Source: SAR202 cluster bacterium (GTDB lineage Bacteria; Chloroflexota; Dehalococcoidia; Lucifugimonadales; VGZR01). From it: a DNA stretch of 64,000 nt. This document shows positions 18,045-29,442 of this stretch, one piece after another. The DNA lies in contig VGZR01000004.1 in assembly GCA_016872515.1 (NCBI GenBank), positions 22,374-86,373 of the forward strand. The letters are read 5' to 3'. Position 1 is the stretch's first letter, and every line of letters starts with the position of its first letter. The notes under the pieces were generated by a model. It did not search any database. It was not told the DNA's origin and saw only the letters and a list, made by a program, of their open reading frames with translations. The position numbers and the translations under genes were made by a program.

Positions 18045-19673
18045 CTAATACCCCATCGCGACGCCGTCGCGGCGTGGGTCGGCCCCGCCCTGGAACACTC
18101 CCTCGCGCGCGTCGAACTGGATGGCCTGGGCGCCGCCGACGTTCAGCGACCACGACTCGATGGTCTGGATGTCGTGGCCCCGCTGTTCCAGTTCGGTGCG
18201 CATGTTGACAGGGAACCGCTCCTCCATCTCCACCCGCTTGTTCTCGTACACCCGCAGCCGCGGCTGGTCCACGGCCTGCTGGACGTTCATCCCGAAGTCC
18301 AGGACGTTCATCAGCATCTGCGGCGTCGTCTGGAGGATGCCCCAGCTCCCAGGCGTGCTCAGGCTAAGGAAGAACTTGCCATCGTGGAAGGCCTGCACCG
18401 GCGCGACGCAGAAGTCCACGCGCTTCCACGGCGCGATGCGGTTGGGGCTCGCCTCGTCGAGGTCGAACCAGTAAGCCATGTTGTTGAGGAACACGCCCGT
18501 GTCGCCCATGACCACCGCCGAGCCGAACCCGCCGCCCAGCGTCTGCGTGATGGACACCACATTCCCGTCGCGGTCGGCCACGGCGAAGTGGGTCGTCATG
18601 CCGCCCTCGACCTCGTCCTTGCGGTGGAGGAGCGGCACCAGAGAGCCGACGGGCCTCTTGGCCACGAACTGCTCGCCCGCAACGATGGTGGGCTTGGTGA
18701 AGTGGATGCGCCGGCGCTGCTTGCGGGCGTAGGAGTCCGACAACAGGGTGCGCAGCGGTGCCTTGACATAGTCTGGATCGCCGCCGAACAGCAGCCGGTC
18801 GGTCACACACAGCTTCACCGCCTCGATGAATGCGTGCGCGGTGTCTGGGTGCTGGAACTTGAGTTCCGACGGGTCGTAGGTCTCCATGAGCTTCAGCGTC
18901 TGCAGGATCTGGAACCCGGTCGAGTTGGGGGGCGTGGTGAACATCTCGTAGCCGCGGTAGGTGATGCTGATGGGCTCTTCCCACTCGGCCTTATATGCGG
19001 CCAGGTCGTCCTTGGTGATGAGGCCCTTGAGATCGCGCTGCGCCCTGCTGATCTTCTCTGCAATCTCACCGCGGTAGAAGACGTCCGCGCCCTCCTTAGC
19101 GAGCCGTTTATAGGTGCCCGCCAGTTGCGGGAAGCGGTGGCGCTCGCCCGGGTCGGGCACCTTGCCCTGGCGGTCGAACAGCAGCGCCGCCGACGGCGCA
19201 TGCCGCTGGAGCCGCGCGCCCTGCTTGATGAAGTGGCGGTAGTTGAAATAGGTAACACCGAAGCCGTTCTCGGCCAAGTCAATGGCCGGTGCGAAGACCT
19301 GCTCCCGCTCCAAGCGCCCGTACGCCTCGTGGAACGTCAGCCAGCCGAGGGCGTTGCCCGGCACGAGGGCCGAGCGCACGCCGATGTCCTTCGTCTCCTG
19401 GGTGAACTGGTCCGGCGTGGCCTTCTTGGGCGCGCGGCCGGAGAAGTTGAGCACGCGCAGCCGCTTCTCTTTGGCAACATACATCAGCGCGACGCCGATG
19501 CCGCCTGGGCCGGACATGAAGGGCTCGACGACCCCGAGGGTCGAGGCCACGGCCACCGCAGCGTCGAAGGCGTTGCCGCCTGCCTGGAGCATGCGCACGC
19601 CCGCCATGGACGCGAACGGGTTGGCCGAAGCGACCATTCCATTGACGCCCATCACCACGGGCCGCGTGGACAT
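18045..19673 (-). CDS. ggt: Gamma-glutamyltransferase
   Basis: GMVASANPFAS..GGNAFDAAVA, and the autoprocessing region GGMTTHFAVADRDGNVVSITQTLGGGFGS. Start chosen at MSTRPVVMG. Confidence 0.85.
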   Translation of the reverse strand: MSTRPVVMGVNGMVASANPFASMAGVRMLQAGGNAFDAAVAVASTLGVVEPFMSGPGGIGVALMYVAKEKRLRVLNFSGRAPKKATPDQFTQETKDIGVRSALVPGNALGWLTFHEAYGRLEREQVFAPAIDLAENGFGVTYFNYRHFIKQGARLQRHAPSAALLFDRQGKVPDPGERHRFPQLAGTYKRLAKEGADVFYRGEIAEKISRAQRDLKGLITKDDLAAYKAEWEEPISITYRGYEMFTTPPNSTGFQILQTLKLMETYDPSELKFQHPDTAHAFIEAVKLCVTDRLLFGGDPDYVKAPLRTLLSDSYARKQRRRIHFTKPTIVAGEQFVAKRPVGSLVPLLHRKDEVEGGMTTHFAVADRDGNVVSITQTLGGGFGSAVVMGDTGVFLNNMAYWFDLDEASPNRIAPWKRVDFCVAPVQAFHDGKFFLSLSTPGSWGILQTTPQMLMNVLDFGMNVQQAVDQPRLRVYENKRVEMEERFPVNMRTELEQRGHDIQTIESWSLNVGGAQAIQFDAREGVFQGGADPRRDGVAMGY

Positions 19674-19920
19674 GGGATACGCATATGAACTGAGCACAGT
19701 CGTTACCTCGCAGAAGCTGGATTCGGCGCGGTACACGCTAGGACGAATCACCAGCGCTGTCAAGGCAGCGCTGACATTCTCCTCGCGGGTACCGCTTCTC
19801 GCGGCCCAACCCCCGTGTTCTCTCACAACATTTGGTTAAGATACTCCAGGACTTTCGTCCGAGGGCCATGTCTTTGCCCTTGGAGCGATGTGCGTCTCTC
19901 TCGGGAGACGGACGTGGGAA

Positions 19921-19947
19921 CCTTAACAACTGGATAGTGGAAGGAAT
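19921..19947 (+). promoter_or_regulatory. 5' strand of the pre-16S processing helix
   Basis: ccttaacaactggatagtggaaggaat pairs 25/27 with 21648-21674 (attccttccactatccagcggttaagg). Confidence 0.65.
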
Positions 19948-21459
<1,512 letters not shown>

Positions 21460-21647
21460 GGGAGACTGGTTCTTCCCTCACGGGAAGAACTAGGTCGGTC
21501 GGTGGGTGAAGCCACCATGCGGCCACAGGTTGAGCGTGATTCGCTTTCGGGCGAAGGGGCTCCCTGCTCGGTGTGCGGAGGCTTCGCAAAAAGCTCACCG
21601 TTTTCTGAAAACTGGTTTTCATCAAAAGCCGGTTCGAGCTCTACAAC

Positions 21648-21674
21648 ATTCCTTCCACTATCCAGCGGTTAAGG
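21648..21674 (+). promoter_or_regulatory. 3' strand of the pre-16S processing helix
   Basis: Complementary to 19921-19947, enclosing the mature 16S plus about 190 nt of 3' spacer. Confidence 0.65.
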
Positions 21675-21676
21675 CA

Positions 21677-21710
21677 AGAGGCCCCGAGAAATCGGGGCCT
21701 CTTGTTATTT
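21677..21710 (+). terminator. Intrinsic-terminator-like hairpin directly after the 16S processing helix
   Basis: An 11-bp stem agaggccccga / tcggggcctct with a GAAA loop, followed by tgttattt. Confidence 0.55.
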
Positions 21711-21749
21711 CATAACTGCCGCCTGTTGTACACTAGAGGCACACCGCGT

Positions 21750-21825
<76 letters not shown>

Positions 21826-21910
21826 TCCGTAAGCCTCATCAGCGGTGTGTACTAAGGAACACCATATCCGCTGCTTCTTGTAGTGAAGGTCCAGGGAACC
21901 CAATGTCACG

Positions 21911-22954
21911 GTGGGAAAGATGATGAAAAGAGCACGCAACGGGTCTGCCTTGAGGCTCATAGCCGTTCCGGCGCTTCTGCTGCTGGTGGCCGCTGCGGCC
22001 TGCGGCGGAGGCAGTGCCGCCCAAGCGACACCCACAGCACAGCCCGAACAGGCTGAGGAGTGGGAACTGGTCTTCTCCAAGCTACCCGGCGCCTTGGCCT
22101 CGGTGTGGGGCACCAGCGCGACCGACATCTGGGCTGTCGGAGCCGACGCAGGCAGCGGCCTTGGCACCACCGTGCTCCACTTCGATGGCACGCACTGGAA
22201 GAGGATGACCACCGGCTTTTCGGGCGACCTCTGGTGGGCGTTCGGCTTCAAAGACGGCCAGGTGTTCATGGGCGGCACCAACGGAATGATCCTCAGGTAC
22301 GAGAACGGCGAGTTCCAGAAGATGGAGACCCCTGGCACCGACACCGTGTTCGGAATCTGGGGCATTGCGCCCGATAACCTGTGGGCCGTGGGCGGCAACG
22401 CTACAACGGGTGGTTTCGTGTGGAGGTACGACGGAACGGAATGGCGGGTCCCAGAGGGCTTACCCGCAGGCCTGGCAGACTCCTACTCTATATTCAAGCT
22501 GTTTGGACGCGGCGCCAACGATGTCTGGATCATCGGCACCGGCGGCATCGCCATCCACTACGACGGCACGAAGTTTCAGCAGGCGCCGTCCGGCACGACG
22601 CGCAACCTGTTCACGGTCCACAGCGACGGGCAGCGGTTCACCGCCGTGGGCGGCTTTGGCAGCGGCGTCATCGTCGAGAACGATGGCTCCGGCTGGAAGG
22701 ACGTGACTCCCCCGGGTACGCCTCACATGGTCGGCGTTTACCTGTCGGGCGGCGGGTTCGGCTATGCAGCGGGCGCTGAAGGGGCGGTGCTCCGTCGCAA
22801 CGGCACAGCTTGGGAGAAAGTAGATACCGGCATCAAGATGATTGAGGCATTCCACAGTGTATGGGTTGACTCGGATGGTGGGGTCTGGGCCGTAGGTGGC
22901 CAGGTGCTCGCCCCGCCACTCGTGGACGGCGTGATGATTCACAAAGCCCCATAG
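21911..22954 (+). CDS. Beta-propeller repeat lipoprotein (Ycf48/WD40-like repeats)
   Basis: Signal peptide with lipobox LLVAAAAC. Recurrent blades of about 45 aa are present (IWAVGAD.., LWAVGGN.., VWIIGTGGIAIHYDG, VWAVGGQ). Confidence 0.55.
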   Translation: MGKMMKRARNGSALRLIAVPALLLLVAAAACGGGSAAQATPTAQPEQAEEWELVFSKLPGALASVWGTSATDIWAVGADAGSGLGTTVLHFDGTHWKRMTTGFSGDLWWAFGFKDGQVFMGGTNGMILRYENGEFQKMETPGTDTVFGIWGIAPDNLWAVGGNATTGGFVWRYDGTEWRVPEGLPAGLADSYSIFKLFGRGANDVWIIGTGGIAIHYDGTKFQQAPSGTTRNLFTVHSDGQRFTAVGGFGSGVIVENDGSGWKDVTPPGTPHMVGVYLSGGGFGYAAGAEGAVLRRNGTAWEKVDTGIKMIEAFHSVWVDSDGGVWAVGGQVLAPPLVDGVMIHKAP

Positions 22955-23118
22955 CTTGACAGTCCTAGGCCGCTCGGATATTCTCGAATCTACTCTGTAT
23001 CTGTTTGGACACGACTAACATAGTACGCCCCGCCTTGCTGGCCTGGGGCTGCGAATCACGAGACGCGCGATGGGGGACGCCAAGGACATTAGGGGGCCGA
23101 GGCTTGCGTAGTGCTTCG

Positions 23119-24267
23119 ATGAGAAAGTCCTGGCTCGCGCTAGTGACCCTGCTGCTGTCCATCGGGTTGCTCGCCGCCTGCGGCGGGGACTCCGCGACCA
23201 AGTGCAGCGATGAGCCGGGGAGTTCATGTGTTTGGGCCGGAACGGGCGTCGCTGGCTTGGACGAAGACGGCTTGCCGAAGACGGAGAGCCGCTTCTACTG
23301 GCCGATTGACCTGGCATTCGGACCAGACGGTACCGCCTGGGTGGTGGACTGGAACAACAACCTCATCCGGAGGGTCAATCCGGACGGAACCCTCGTGACC
23401 GAGATAGGCTTTTTCGCTGGTGACGGGCCGTTGGAGGGTGATGACTTTTCGGAGCCTGGAATCGACCGGAGGCTTATCCAGCTGAACCACCCGACGGACA
23501 TCACCTTCGGCCCGGATGGCAATGTCTACCTGGCCGTCTGGCACAACCACAAGGTCCGGCGGTTCGATCCGCGCACCGGGCTAGTACGCACCATGGGAGG
23601 CCGGGGACCGGAGTTTGCGGGCGACGGCGAAACATGGAACGAGGCCCGATTTGACTTCCCAAAGAGCCTGGACTTCGGCCGCGACGGCACCCTCTACGTC
23701 CTCGACCAGCGCAACCAGCGGGTGCGTAAGATTTCGCCAGACGGCACGGTCAGCACTATCGTTGGCACCGGCGAGGCAGGGTTCAGCGGCGATGGCGGCG
23801 CACCGGAACTCGCACAGCTCAACTTTGACACAGGGGGGAACCCAGCCCCATCGGGCAGCTTGGCCGTCGGCCCTGACGGCAACCTGTACATCGCCGACGG
23901 GCTGAACTATCGCATCCGCAGGGTGGACTTTGCTCGCAACGTCATCGAGACTATCGCGGGTACCGGCGAGAGAGGCTTCGCCGGAGACGGCAAGCCAGCC
24001 CTTCAGGCACAACTCAGTTCAGTCACCGACCTAGAGTTCGGCCCGGATGGCCGGCTCTACTTCGCGGATACGCAGAACCACTGTATCCGGGCCATTGACC
24101 TTACCACCGGCACCATCGCCATGGTGTGGGATGGCAAAGGCGAGGGACCGGGCCTCCAGGGGCGCCAGCGGTTTCTGAACCGCCCGCTAGGCATAGCCTT
24201 CGACAAGGAAGGTCACCTGTATATCGTGGACACTTTCAACAGCCGGATCCTGCGCGCGACGTCATAG
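23119..24267 (+). CDS. NHL-repeat beta-propeller lipoprotein
   Basis: Lipobox in MRKSWLALVTLLLSIGLLAAC. NHL blades include YWPIDLAFGPDGTAWVVDWNNNLIRRV, LNHPTDITFGPDGNVYLAVWHNHKVRRF and FPKSLDFGRDGTLYVLDQRNQRVRKI. Confidence 0.8.
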   Translation: MRKSWLALVTLLLSIGLLAACGGDSATKCSDEPGSSCVWAGTGVAGLDEDGLPKTESRFYWPIDLAFGPDGTAWVVDWNNNLIRRVNPDGTLVTEIGFFAGDGPLEGDDFSEPGIDRRLIQLNHPTDITFGPDGNVYLAVWHNHKVRRFDPRTGLVRTMGGRGPEFAGDGETWNEARFDFPKSLDFGRDGTLYVLDQRNQRVRKISPDGTVSTIVGTGEAGFSGDGGAPELAQLNFDTGGNPAPSGSLAVGPDGNLYIADGLNYRIRRVDFARNVIETIAGTGERGFAGDGKPALQAQLSSVTDLEFGPDGRLYFADTQNHCIRAIDLTTGTIAMVWDGKGEGPGLQGRQRFLNRPLGIAFDKEGHLYIVDTFNSRILRATS

Positions 24268-24278
24268 GGGCGCGAGCG

Positions 24279-25529
24279 ATGAGATTCCCCATGACCAGAA
24301 AGTGGCAACGAATGGGCCTTCTCGCTGTCGCGGCCTTGGCCACGCTGCTGGTGGCGGCCTGCGGCGAGAGCAGCAGTGTTGACTGCGACCCAGGAACCGT
24401 CTGCACCGTAGCCGGCACAGGCAAGGTAGGACGCGCGGCCGAGGACATCCCGGCGATCGAATCCGACCTCTATCTGCCCATAGACGTTTCCATCAGTCCC
24501 GAAGGTAAGCTGTACCTTCTGGACTGGAGTAATCACAGGATTCGCTTGTTCACCCCTAACGGCAGATTGGAAACCGTGGCCGGGTCCAACGCGGTAGGCG
24601 ACGGTCCGGAGGGCCCCGCTATCGAGTCGGCCATCAACCATCCCACGCGCATCATCTTCGACCAGCAGGGCCGTATGGTCTTCTCGGCATGGCACAACTC
24701 GAAGATCAAGCGAGTGGATCTCACGACGGGTATGCTGGAGGACATCGCCGGAACGGGCACACGCTTCTACACCGGCGACGGCGGGCCCGCTGACAAGGCC
24801 GACCTGGATCTGCCAGCGGCCATCGTCTTCGACAAGGACTGGAACCTCTACATCATGGACCAGGCCAACCAGGTCATCCGTAAGATTGACACGAACGGGG
24901 TCATCACCCGCTTCGCGGGCCAGTGCCTGGTGGGCGAGGAGAGGACCGACGCCCCGGCCATGATGTTGCCCGGCACCAACAAGTTCGGCTGGGTGGAAGC
25001 CGACAAGAACAAGGCTTGCAACGCGACCTACGGCGGCGACGGCGGCCCGGCCCTCCAGGCCCGCATCGGCCAGCAGGTCGGCCAGTCGGCCCAGCCTGCC
25101 GGCGGCATGACCATAGACCCTCAGGGCAACATCTATTTCGCTGACACCATCAACAACCGCATCCGCAAGATAGACACGAACGGCATCATCACGACGGTGG
25201 CGGGCAACGGCGGGCGCGGCTTCGGCGGCGACGGCGGCCCAGCCACCAGCGCGCAGCTCTACTGGCCGCACGATGTCGAAATCGCTCCGGATGGCACGCT
25301 CCTCATCGCCGACACGTACAACAACTGCGTCCGCTCGGTGGGCGCTGACGGCATCATCCACACCGTAGCCGGGGTCTGCGGCTCATCGGGGTTCTCCGGC
25401 GACGGCGGTGACCCGACCAAGGCCCTCTTCGACAGACCTTATGGCATCTGCCTCGCCAAGGACGGTAGCATCTACATCGCCGACACGTACAACCAGCGGG
25501 TCCGCATGGTGATGGGGAACAAGGCCTAA
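24279..25529 (+). CDS. NHL-repeat beta-propeller lipoprotein (paralogue)
   Basis: Lipobox LLVAAC. NHL blades include YLPIDVSISPEGKLYLLDWSNHRIRLF, YWPHDVEIAPDGTLLIADTYNNCVRSV and PYGICLAKDGSIYIADTYNQRVRMV. Confidence 0.8.
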   Translation: MRFPMTRKWQRMGLLAVAALATLLVAACGESSSVDCDPGTVCTVAGTGKVGRAAEDIPAIESDLYLPIDVSISPEGKLYLLDWSNHRIRLFTPNGRLETVAGSNAVGDGPEGPAIESAINHPTRIIFDQQGRMVFSAWHNSKIKRVDLTTGMLEDIAGTGTRFYTGDGGPADKADLDLPAAIVFDKDWNLYIMDQANQVIRKIDTNGVITRFAGQCLVGEERTDAPAMMLPGTNKFGWVEADKNKACNATYGGDGGPALQARIGQQVGQSAQPAGGMTIDPQGNIYFADTINNRIRKIDTNGIITTVAGNGGRGFGGDGGPATSAQLYWPHDVEIAPDGTLLIADTYNNCVRSVGADGIIHTVAGVCGSSGFSGDGGDPTKALFDRPYGICLAKDGSIYIADTYNQRVRMVMGNKA

Positions 25530-26006
25530 TTGCGGCGCTGGCGATGGGCATTGCTGACGGCGGTGATCGCCGCAGGCGTGGGCGTCGGCGCTGGGTTCCT
25601 GGGCGCGTTCTTAGGCGATGGGCTACTCCAAGCCCCAGTCCTTGACCCCCAAGTAGTGGCGGAAGGAAAGTTCCTCTATCAAGAGAACTGCGCCACCGAC
25701 TGCCACGGGGGCATGGGCGAAGGCCAGCTCGGTTGGGAGGTTCCCAACCCCAACGGCGCACGCGGCGCGCCGCCGCATAACTCCACCGGCCACACCTGGA
25801 TGCATAGCGACCTGGAGCTTTACCGAGCGGTACGCGACGGACTCCCCGCCGACGAGAGGACAGGCGCCGACAGCGAGATGCTCCCCTTCCGTGACGAACT
25901 GAGTCCCGAGCAGATCCGCGCCGTCATCACCTACCTCAAGTCGTTATGGACGGACGGCCAGCGCGCCTACCAGGCCCGGGAGAGCATCGAACACCCCTTT
26001 CGCTAA
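25530..26006 (+). CDS. Membrane-anchored mono-haem c-type cytochrome
   Basis: N-terminal TM helix and a single CATDCH (CxxCH) motif. PPHNSTGHTWMHSD and MLPF motifs are present. TTG start abuts the upstream stop. Confidence 0.75.
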   Translation: MRRWRWALLTAVIAAGVGVGAGFLGAFLGDGLLQAPVLDPQVVAEGKFLYQENCATDCHGGMGEGQLGWEVPNPNGARGAPPHNSTGHTWMHSDLELYRAVRDGLPADERTGADSEMLPFRDELSPEQIRAVITYLKSLWTDGQRAYQARESIEHPFR

Positions 26007-26071
26007 CTCCGCGGCCCGCAGGAGACGCCCGCGCATCGGAAAAGGGCCGACGCGAACCACGGGATGGAGCG

Positions 26072-29000
26072 CTAGCCCGCCGGCTCCTCGATACTCAGCA
26101 CCTGGCCGGCAGACACGTTGGTCAGCGTTTGTATGCGGCCACTCGGCCAGAAGATGACAATCTTGTCGGCTTCGGCCGCCTGGCCCAATCCGAACTCCAA
26201 ATCGAGGCTGTCCATCGAAAGGTAGCTCGACCCGGCGTGCACCTCTTGCACCTGCGTCAACGCCGCGCCATCCGCGCCCGTCCTACTGACGACATAGACC
26301 CGCGCGCCGATGCCGTCCGCATTGCTCCCTGTACCGCCTATGCCCATCCGCCCAACGAGCCGCACCGTCAGCCAGTGGCTCGAGCCACCGCCGTTTAGCC
26401 ACACGAACACGGGCCCAGGCTTCTGCACCACTTTTGTGGCCCCGCTGTTTTCCCAGACCGGCCCGCTGCCGTTGGTAGCGATGAGGTCCACATACCCATC
26501 GCCATTAAGGTCGCCGTGAGCCACACCCTTGCCGTTCTCGTGGAATTTCGGACTGATGCGAAGGGCTGCCGGTCTCTTCCCAAGCAACTCATCGGACAGG
26601 CCGTCGTAGTTCACATTGGCGATGTCCAGCACCCGAGCTTCCACTGTCACGTCCTGGAAATTTCCGCGCCCGTCGCCGCGCATCAACCGGCCCGCCGAGG
26701 GGAACACGTCCCCGCCTGGGCCTTCGCCGCTGGCGATATCCGAACCGAGCCAGTACAGGTCCTGGTCACCGTCGTTCTCCATGTCGAAGAACGTCGTGCC
26801 GAACCCGAAGTCGTAGGCCGCCAACCCTGTCGGCAGCTGCTCCAATTGGGGAAGCAGCTCGGGCCGCAGCGAGTCCGGCGGCATGTGCGGGCTGGGCTCC
26901 ACATTCGTGGACGGAGCGATGTTGCGGAACCTGCCGACTGTGCCGAAGCCGGCGACGTCTATCACTCCGTCGTTGCGCAATAGGAGATGCTGGCACGTCC
27001 CCCACAAGAATCGCATCTGGTATTCGCATGACCCACTCGGCCCGCGCATCGGCGGCCTGAGGTACGAGTGGTAGCCGAAGTCGGTGACGAACACGTCCAG
27101 GTCGGCGTCCGAGTCTATGTCTCCGACGGCGAACCCCATCCACGCCCCCACCAGGTCCAACCCCATCGCCCTCGCCACGTCAGTGAAGCGTATCCTCCCC
27201 GGCGTCGAGTCGTTCCTGTACACATGGAACCGGTCACCGTCCTTGGCCACGAACAGGTCAACATCTCCATCGTCGTCGTAGTCAAAGAACACCGAGCTGT
27301 GCGTCTGCCCCGTCGGGTCTCCCACGACGTTCCCCGCCTGGTCAACGAACGTCGGGTCCCATCCCTCGTACTCCACCCCAGTCGTGGGGTCCTTGAACAT
27401 ATAGGGCTTCCCGTCGGGCGCCCGCATCACGATCCGGCTCCCCCGCACCCCCGCCTCCTCCGCGATCTCCGTGAAGGTCAGGTCGCCGTTGTTGCGATAC
27501 AGCACGCTGTAGTGGCCGGGATGGTTCGCCGAGGCAAAGTCGCGGAACGACTGTGGCAGCAGGTTCCCCACGAAGATGTCCACCCAACCATCGTTGTCCA
27601 CGTCGGCGCACGACACAGTCGTCGCCGCGCGGATATTGGCGGCGTCGCCGAACGCCGAATCGGTGATGTCGCGAAACGTCCCGTCCTTACCGTTCACGAA
27701 AAGGCGGTCCTTCGACCCCGGCCACGTTGACTCCGTGCGGTAGTCCAGCTTCTGGTCGGGGTCCTGCCATCCGCCCACGTACAGATCCTGGTAACCGTCG
27801 TTGTTGACGTCGCAGGCCACCACGCCCGTGCTCTGCTGCTCCACTGCGTCCACGCCCGCGGCCTTCGCCACATCGGTGAAGGTCCCGTCCCCGTTGTTGC
27901 GGTACAGGTAGTTCGGTTGGCGGCCCCGCTGGGTCAGGTAGAAGTCCAGGTCGCCGTCGCGGTCGAAATCGAAGATGGCCACCCCTGGCCGGTCGTTCCA
28001 CAGCCCCCGCGCCTCACTGCCAAGCACCTCTTCGGCCATGTCCCTGAACGGCACCACCGGCTCCGCAAGCCACGCGTCGCCCACCGACGGGCCAAGTGTC
28101 CCGCCAACGCCGTCGGAAGGCGCATAGCGCACTGGCGCACCGCGGAACTGCACGACCGCGTCCGTCGAGACAGCCTGCCCACTCGCCTCCCTTAACCTCT
28201 GACCTCCGCCTGCGCCGCCTACGTCCCCCTGCGAGAAGAGCGATTGACCGCGTTCAGCAGCCTCACGTTCCGTCTCTGTGGCACCCCCAACCTCCGCGCC
28301 GTCCAGTCTGGACGTCGCCGCTGCCTGGTCGGAGGGTCCCGGCTCGCCTGCCACCGCCGCAAGACCCCAGACCGCCAGGCCTAGTGCAACCCCCGCTGCT
28401 CCCACCATCCAGACTGATGCCACGACCGACCAAGTACGGGTTCCCGCTTGTTTGAGAGGTTGTTGCGCTGTCCCGGCCGGCGCTGGGGCGAAGGTGACAA
28501 GGCGCCTCCAATACACCATCGGGCCGGATGCCAGGGCCACCGCCAGCAGGGTGGCTACCGGCGCAACGCCCGCGCCCAGGACCGCCAGAAGCACCGCCAG
28601 CGGCGCGGCCGCCAAGGACCATGCGCCCAGCGCCAGCCCTAACGCCGCCCCGACCGCCACGCCGCCTCCGCTGCTCCCCAGATAAGCCGTCACATCGCCT
28701 GGCGTGGCCTTCGACGCCGCCAGCCCGCCGAGGAACACCGAAGCTACCGTTAGCAGTCCAACGACAACCACATACCCGATGCTGCTGGCCGCAGTAGCCT
28801 GCAGCCACTTGGCGACGCCTGGGCGCCCGGCTTCGCTCCTCTTTCTCTCGTCCAACTCCAGCCGGTGGGCTGTCCCGGCCACGAAAGCGAACACTAGCCC
28901 TCCGACCACCCCCTGCACCACCCTCCCCGCCCCTAGCATCGTGGTGGCAAGCAGCGCCGCCGCCACGACCACCGGTACGAGCGACTCCAAGGAGCGGGGC

Positions 29001-29323
29001 CGCGTGAGGCCCGCCCTCATCCAGCCTGGTTGGCCCAGGCTCACGGCGGGAGTGAGCAATGTCCGGATGATTCCCGCGGCGAGCAGCGCCAGCACCAAGC
29101 CGGCGGCCAGCCGCGGCAAGTACTTGGTCGAGAAGTCAGCCCAAGAGGTCGGTTCGCCGGCGGGTATCTCCACGCAGAAGCCTTGGAAACACTCTACCTC
29201 CGGCTCCGTGGGCGCGTGCAGCTCCGCGCGCAGTGCCTCTAGCTCTCCGGCCTGCCCGAAGAAGAAGAAAGCGGCCAGCACCGCGCCCAGGAGCACGATG
29301 CCAGCGAGTCGTCCTCCAGCCAC
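26072..29323 (-). CDS. Polytopic-membrane N-terminal domain fused to FG-GAP/VCBS repeats and a UnbV/ASPIC domain (CRTAC1-family-like), paralogue 1
   Basis: The first ~330 aa are hydrophobic helices. Ca-binding loops follow (DFDRDGDLDF, DVNNDGYQDL, DVDNDGWVDI, DYDDDGDVDL, DIDSDADLDV, DMENDGDQDL, DLNGDGYVDL). C-terminus reads GSNADGIGARVYV...AGSSYLSMDS. GTG start. Confidence 0.8.
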   Translation of the reverse strand: MAGGRLAGIVLLGAVLAAFFFFGQAGELEALRAELHAPTEPEVECFQGFCVEIPAGEPTSWADFSTKYLPRLAAGLVLALLAAGIIRTLLTPAVSLGQPGWMRAGLTRPRSLESLVPVVVAAALLATTMLGAGRVVQGVVGGLVFAFVAGTAHRLELDERKRSEAGRPGVAKWLQATAASSIGYVVVVGLLTVASVFLGGLAASKATPGDVTAYLGSSGGGVAVGAALGLALGAWSLAAAPLAVLLAVLGAGVAPVATLLAVALASGPMVYWRRLVTFAPAPAGTAQQPLKQAGTRTWSVVASVWMVGAAGVALGLAVWGLAAVAGEPGPSDQAAATSRLDGAEVGGATETEREAAERGQSLFSQGDVGGAGGGQRLREASGQAVSTDAVVQFRGAPVRYAPSDGVGGTLGPSVGDAWLAEPVVPFRDMAEEVLGSEARGLWNDRPGVAIFDFDRDGDLDFYLTQRGRQPNYLYRNNGDGTFTDVAKAAGVDAVEQQSTGVVACDVNNDGYQDLYVGGWQDPDQKLDYRTESTWPGSKDRLFVNGKDGTFRDITDSAFGDAANIRAATTVSCADVDNDGWVDIFVGNLLPQSFRDFASANHPGHYSVLYRNNGDLTFTEIAEEAGVRGSRIVMRAPDGKPYMFKDPTTGVEYEGWDPTFVDQAGNVVGDPTGQTHSSVFFDYDDDGDVDLFVAKDGDRFHVYRNDSTPGRIRFTDVARAMGLDLVGAWMGFAVGDIDSDADLDVFVTDFGYHSYLRPPMRGPSGSCEYQMRFLWGTCQHLLLRNDGVIDVAGFGTVGRFRNIAPSTNVEPSPHMPPDSLRPELLPQLEQLPTGLAAYDFGFGTTFFDMENDGDQDLYWLGSDIASGEGPGGDVFPSAGRLMRGDGRGNFQDVTVEARVLDIANVNYDGLSDELLGKRPAALRISPKFHENGKGVAHGDLNGDGYVDLIATNGSGPVWENSGATKVVQKPGPVFVWLNGGGSSHWLTVRLVGRMGIGGTGSNADGIGARVYVVSRTGADGAALTQVQEVHAGSSYLSMDSLDLEFGLGQAAEADKIVIFWPSGRIQTLTNVSAGQVLSIEEPAG

Positions 29324-29442
29324 TCTTCAAGTCCCCCCAACGGCATGTCCATGCGCTCGGTGAAGCACCGGGCGCGGCCATCCAAGTATAGCACCTGGGT
29401 TGACAAGTGAAAATGTCGGGCCGGCGTGTACGGGGCCTCCAG

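Noticed and set aside
19827-19920. A promoter for the 16S gene (candidate TAAGAT/GATACT box near 19840-19850).
   Set aside because: There is no convincing -35 partner at proper spacing, so I could not support a specific call.
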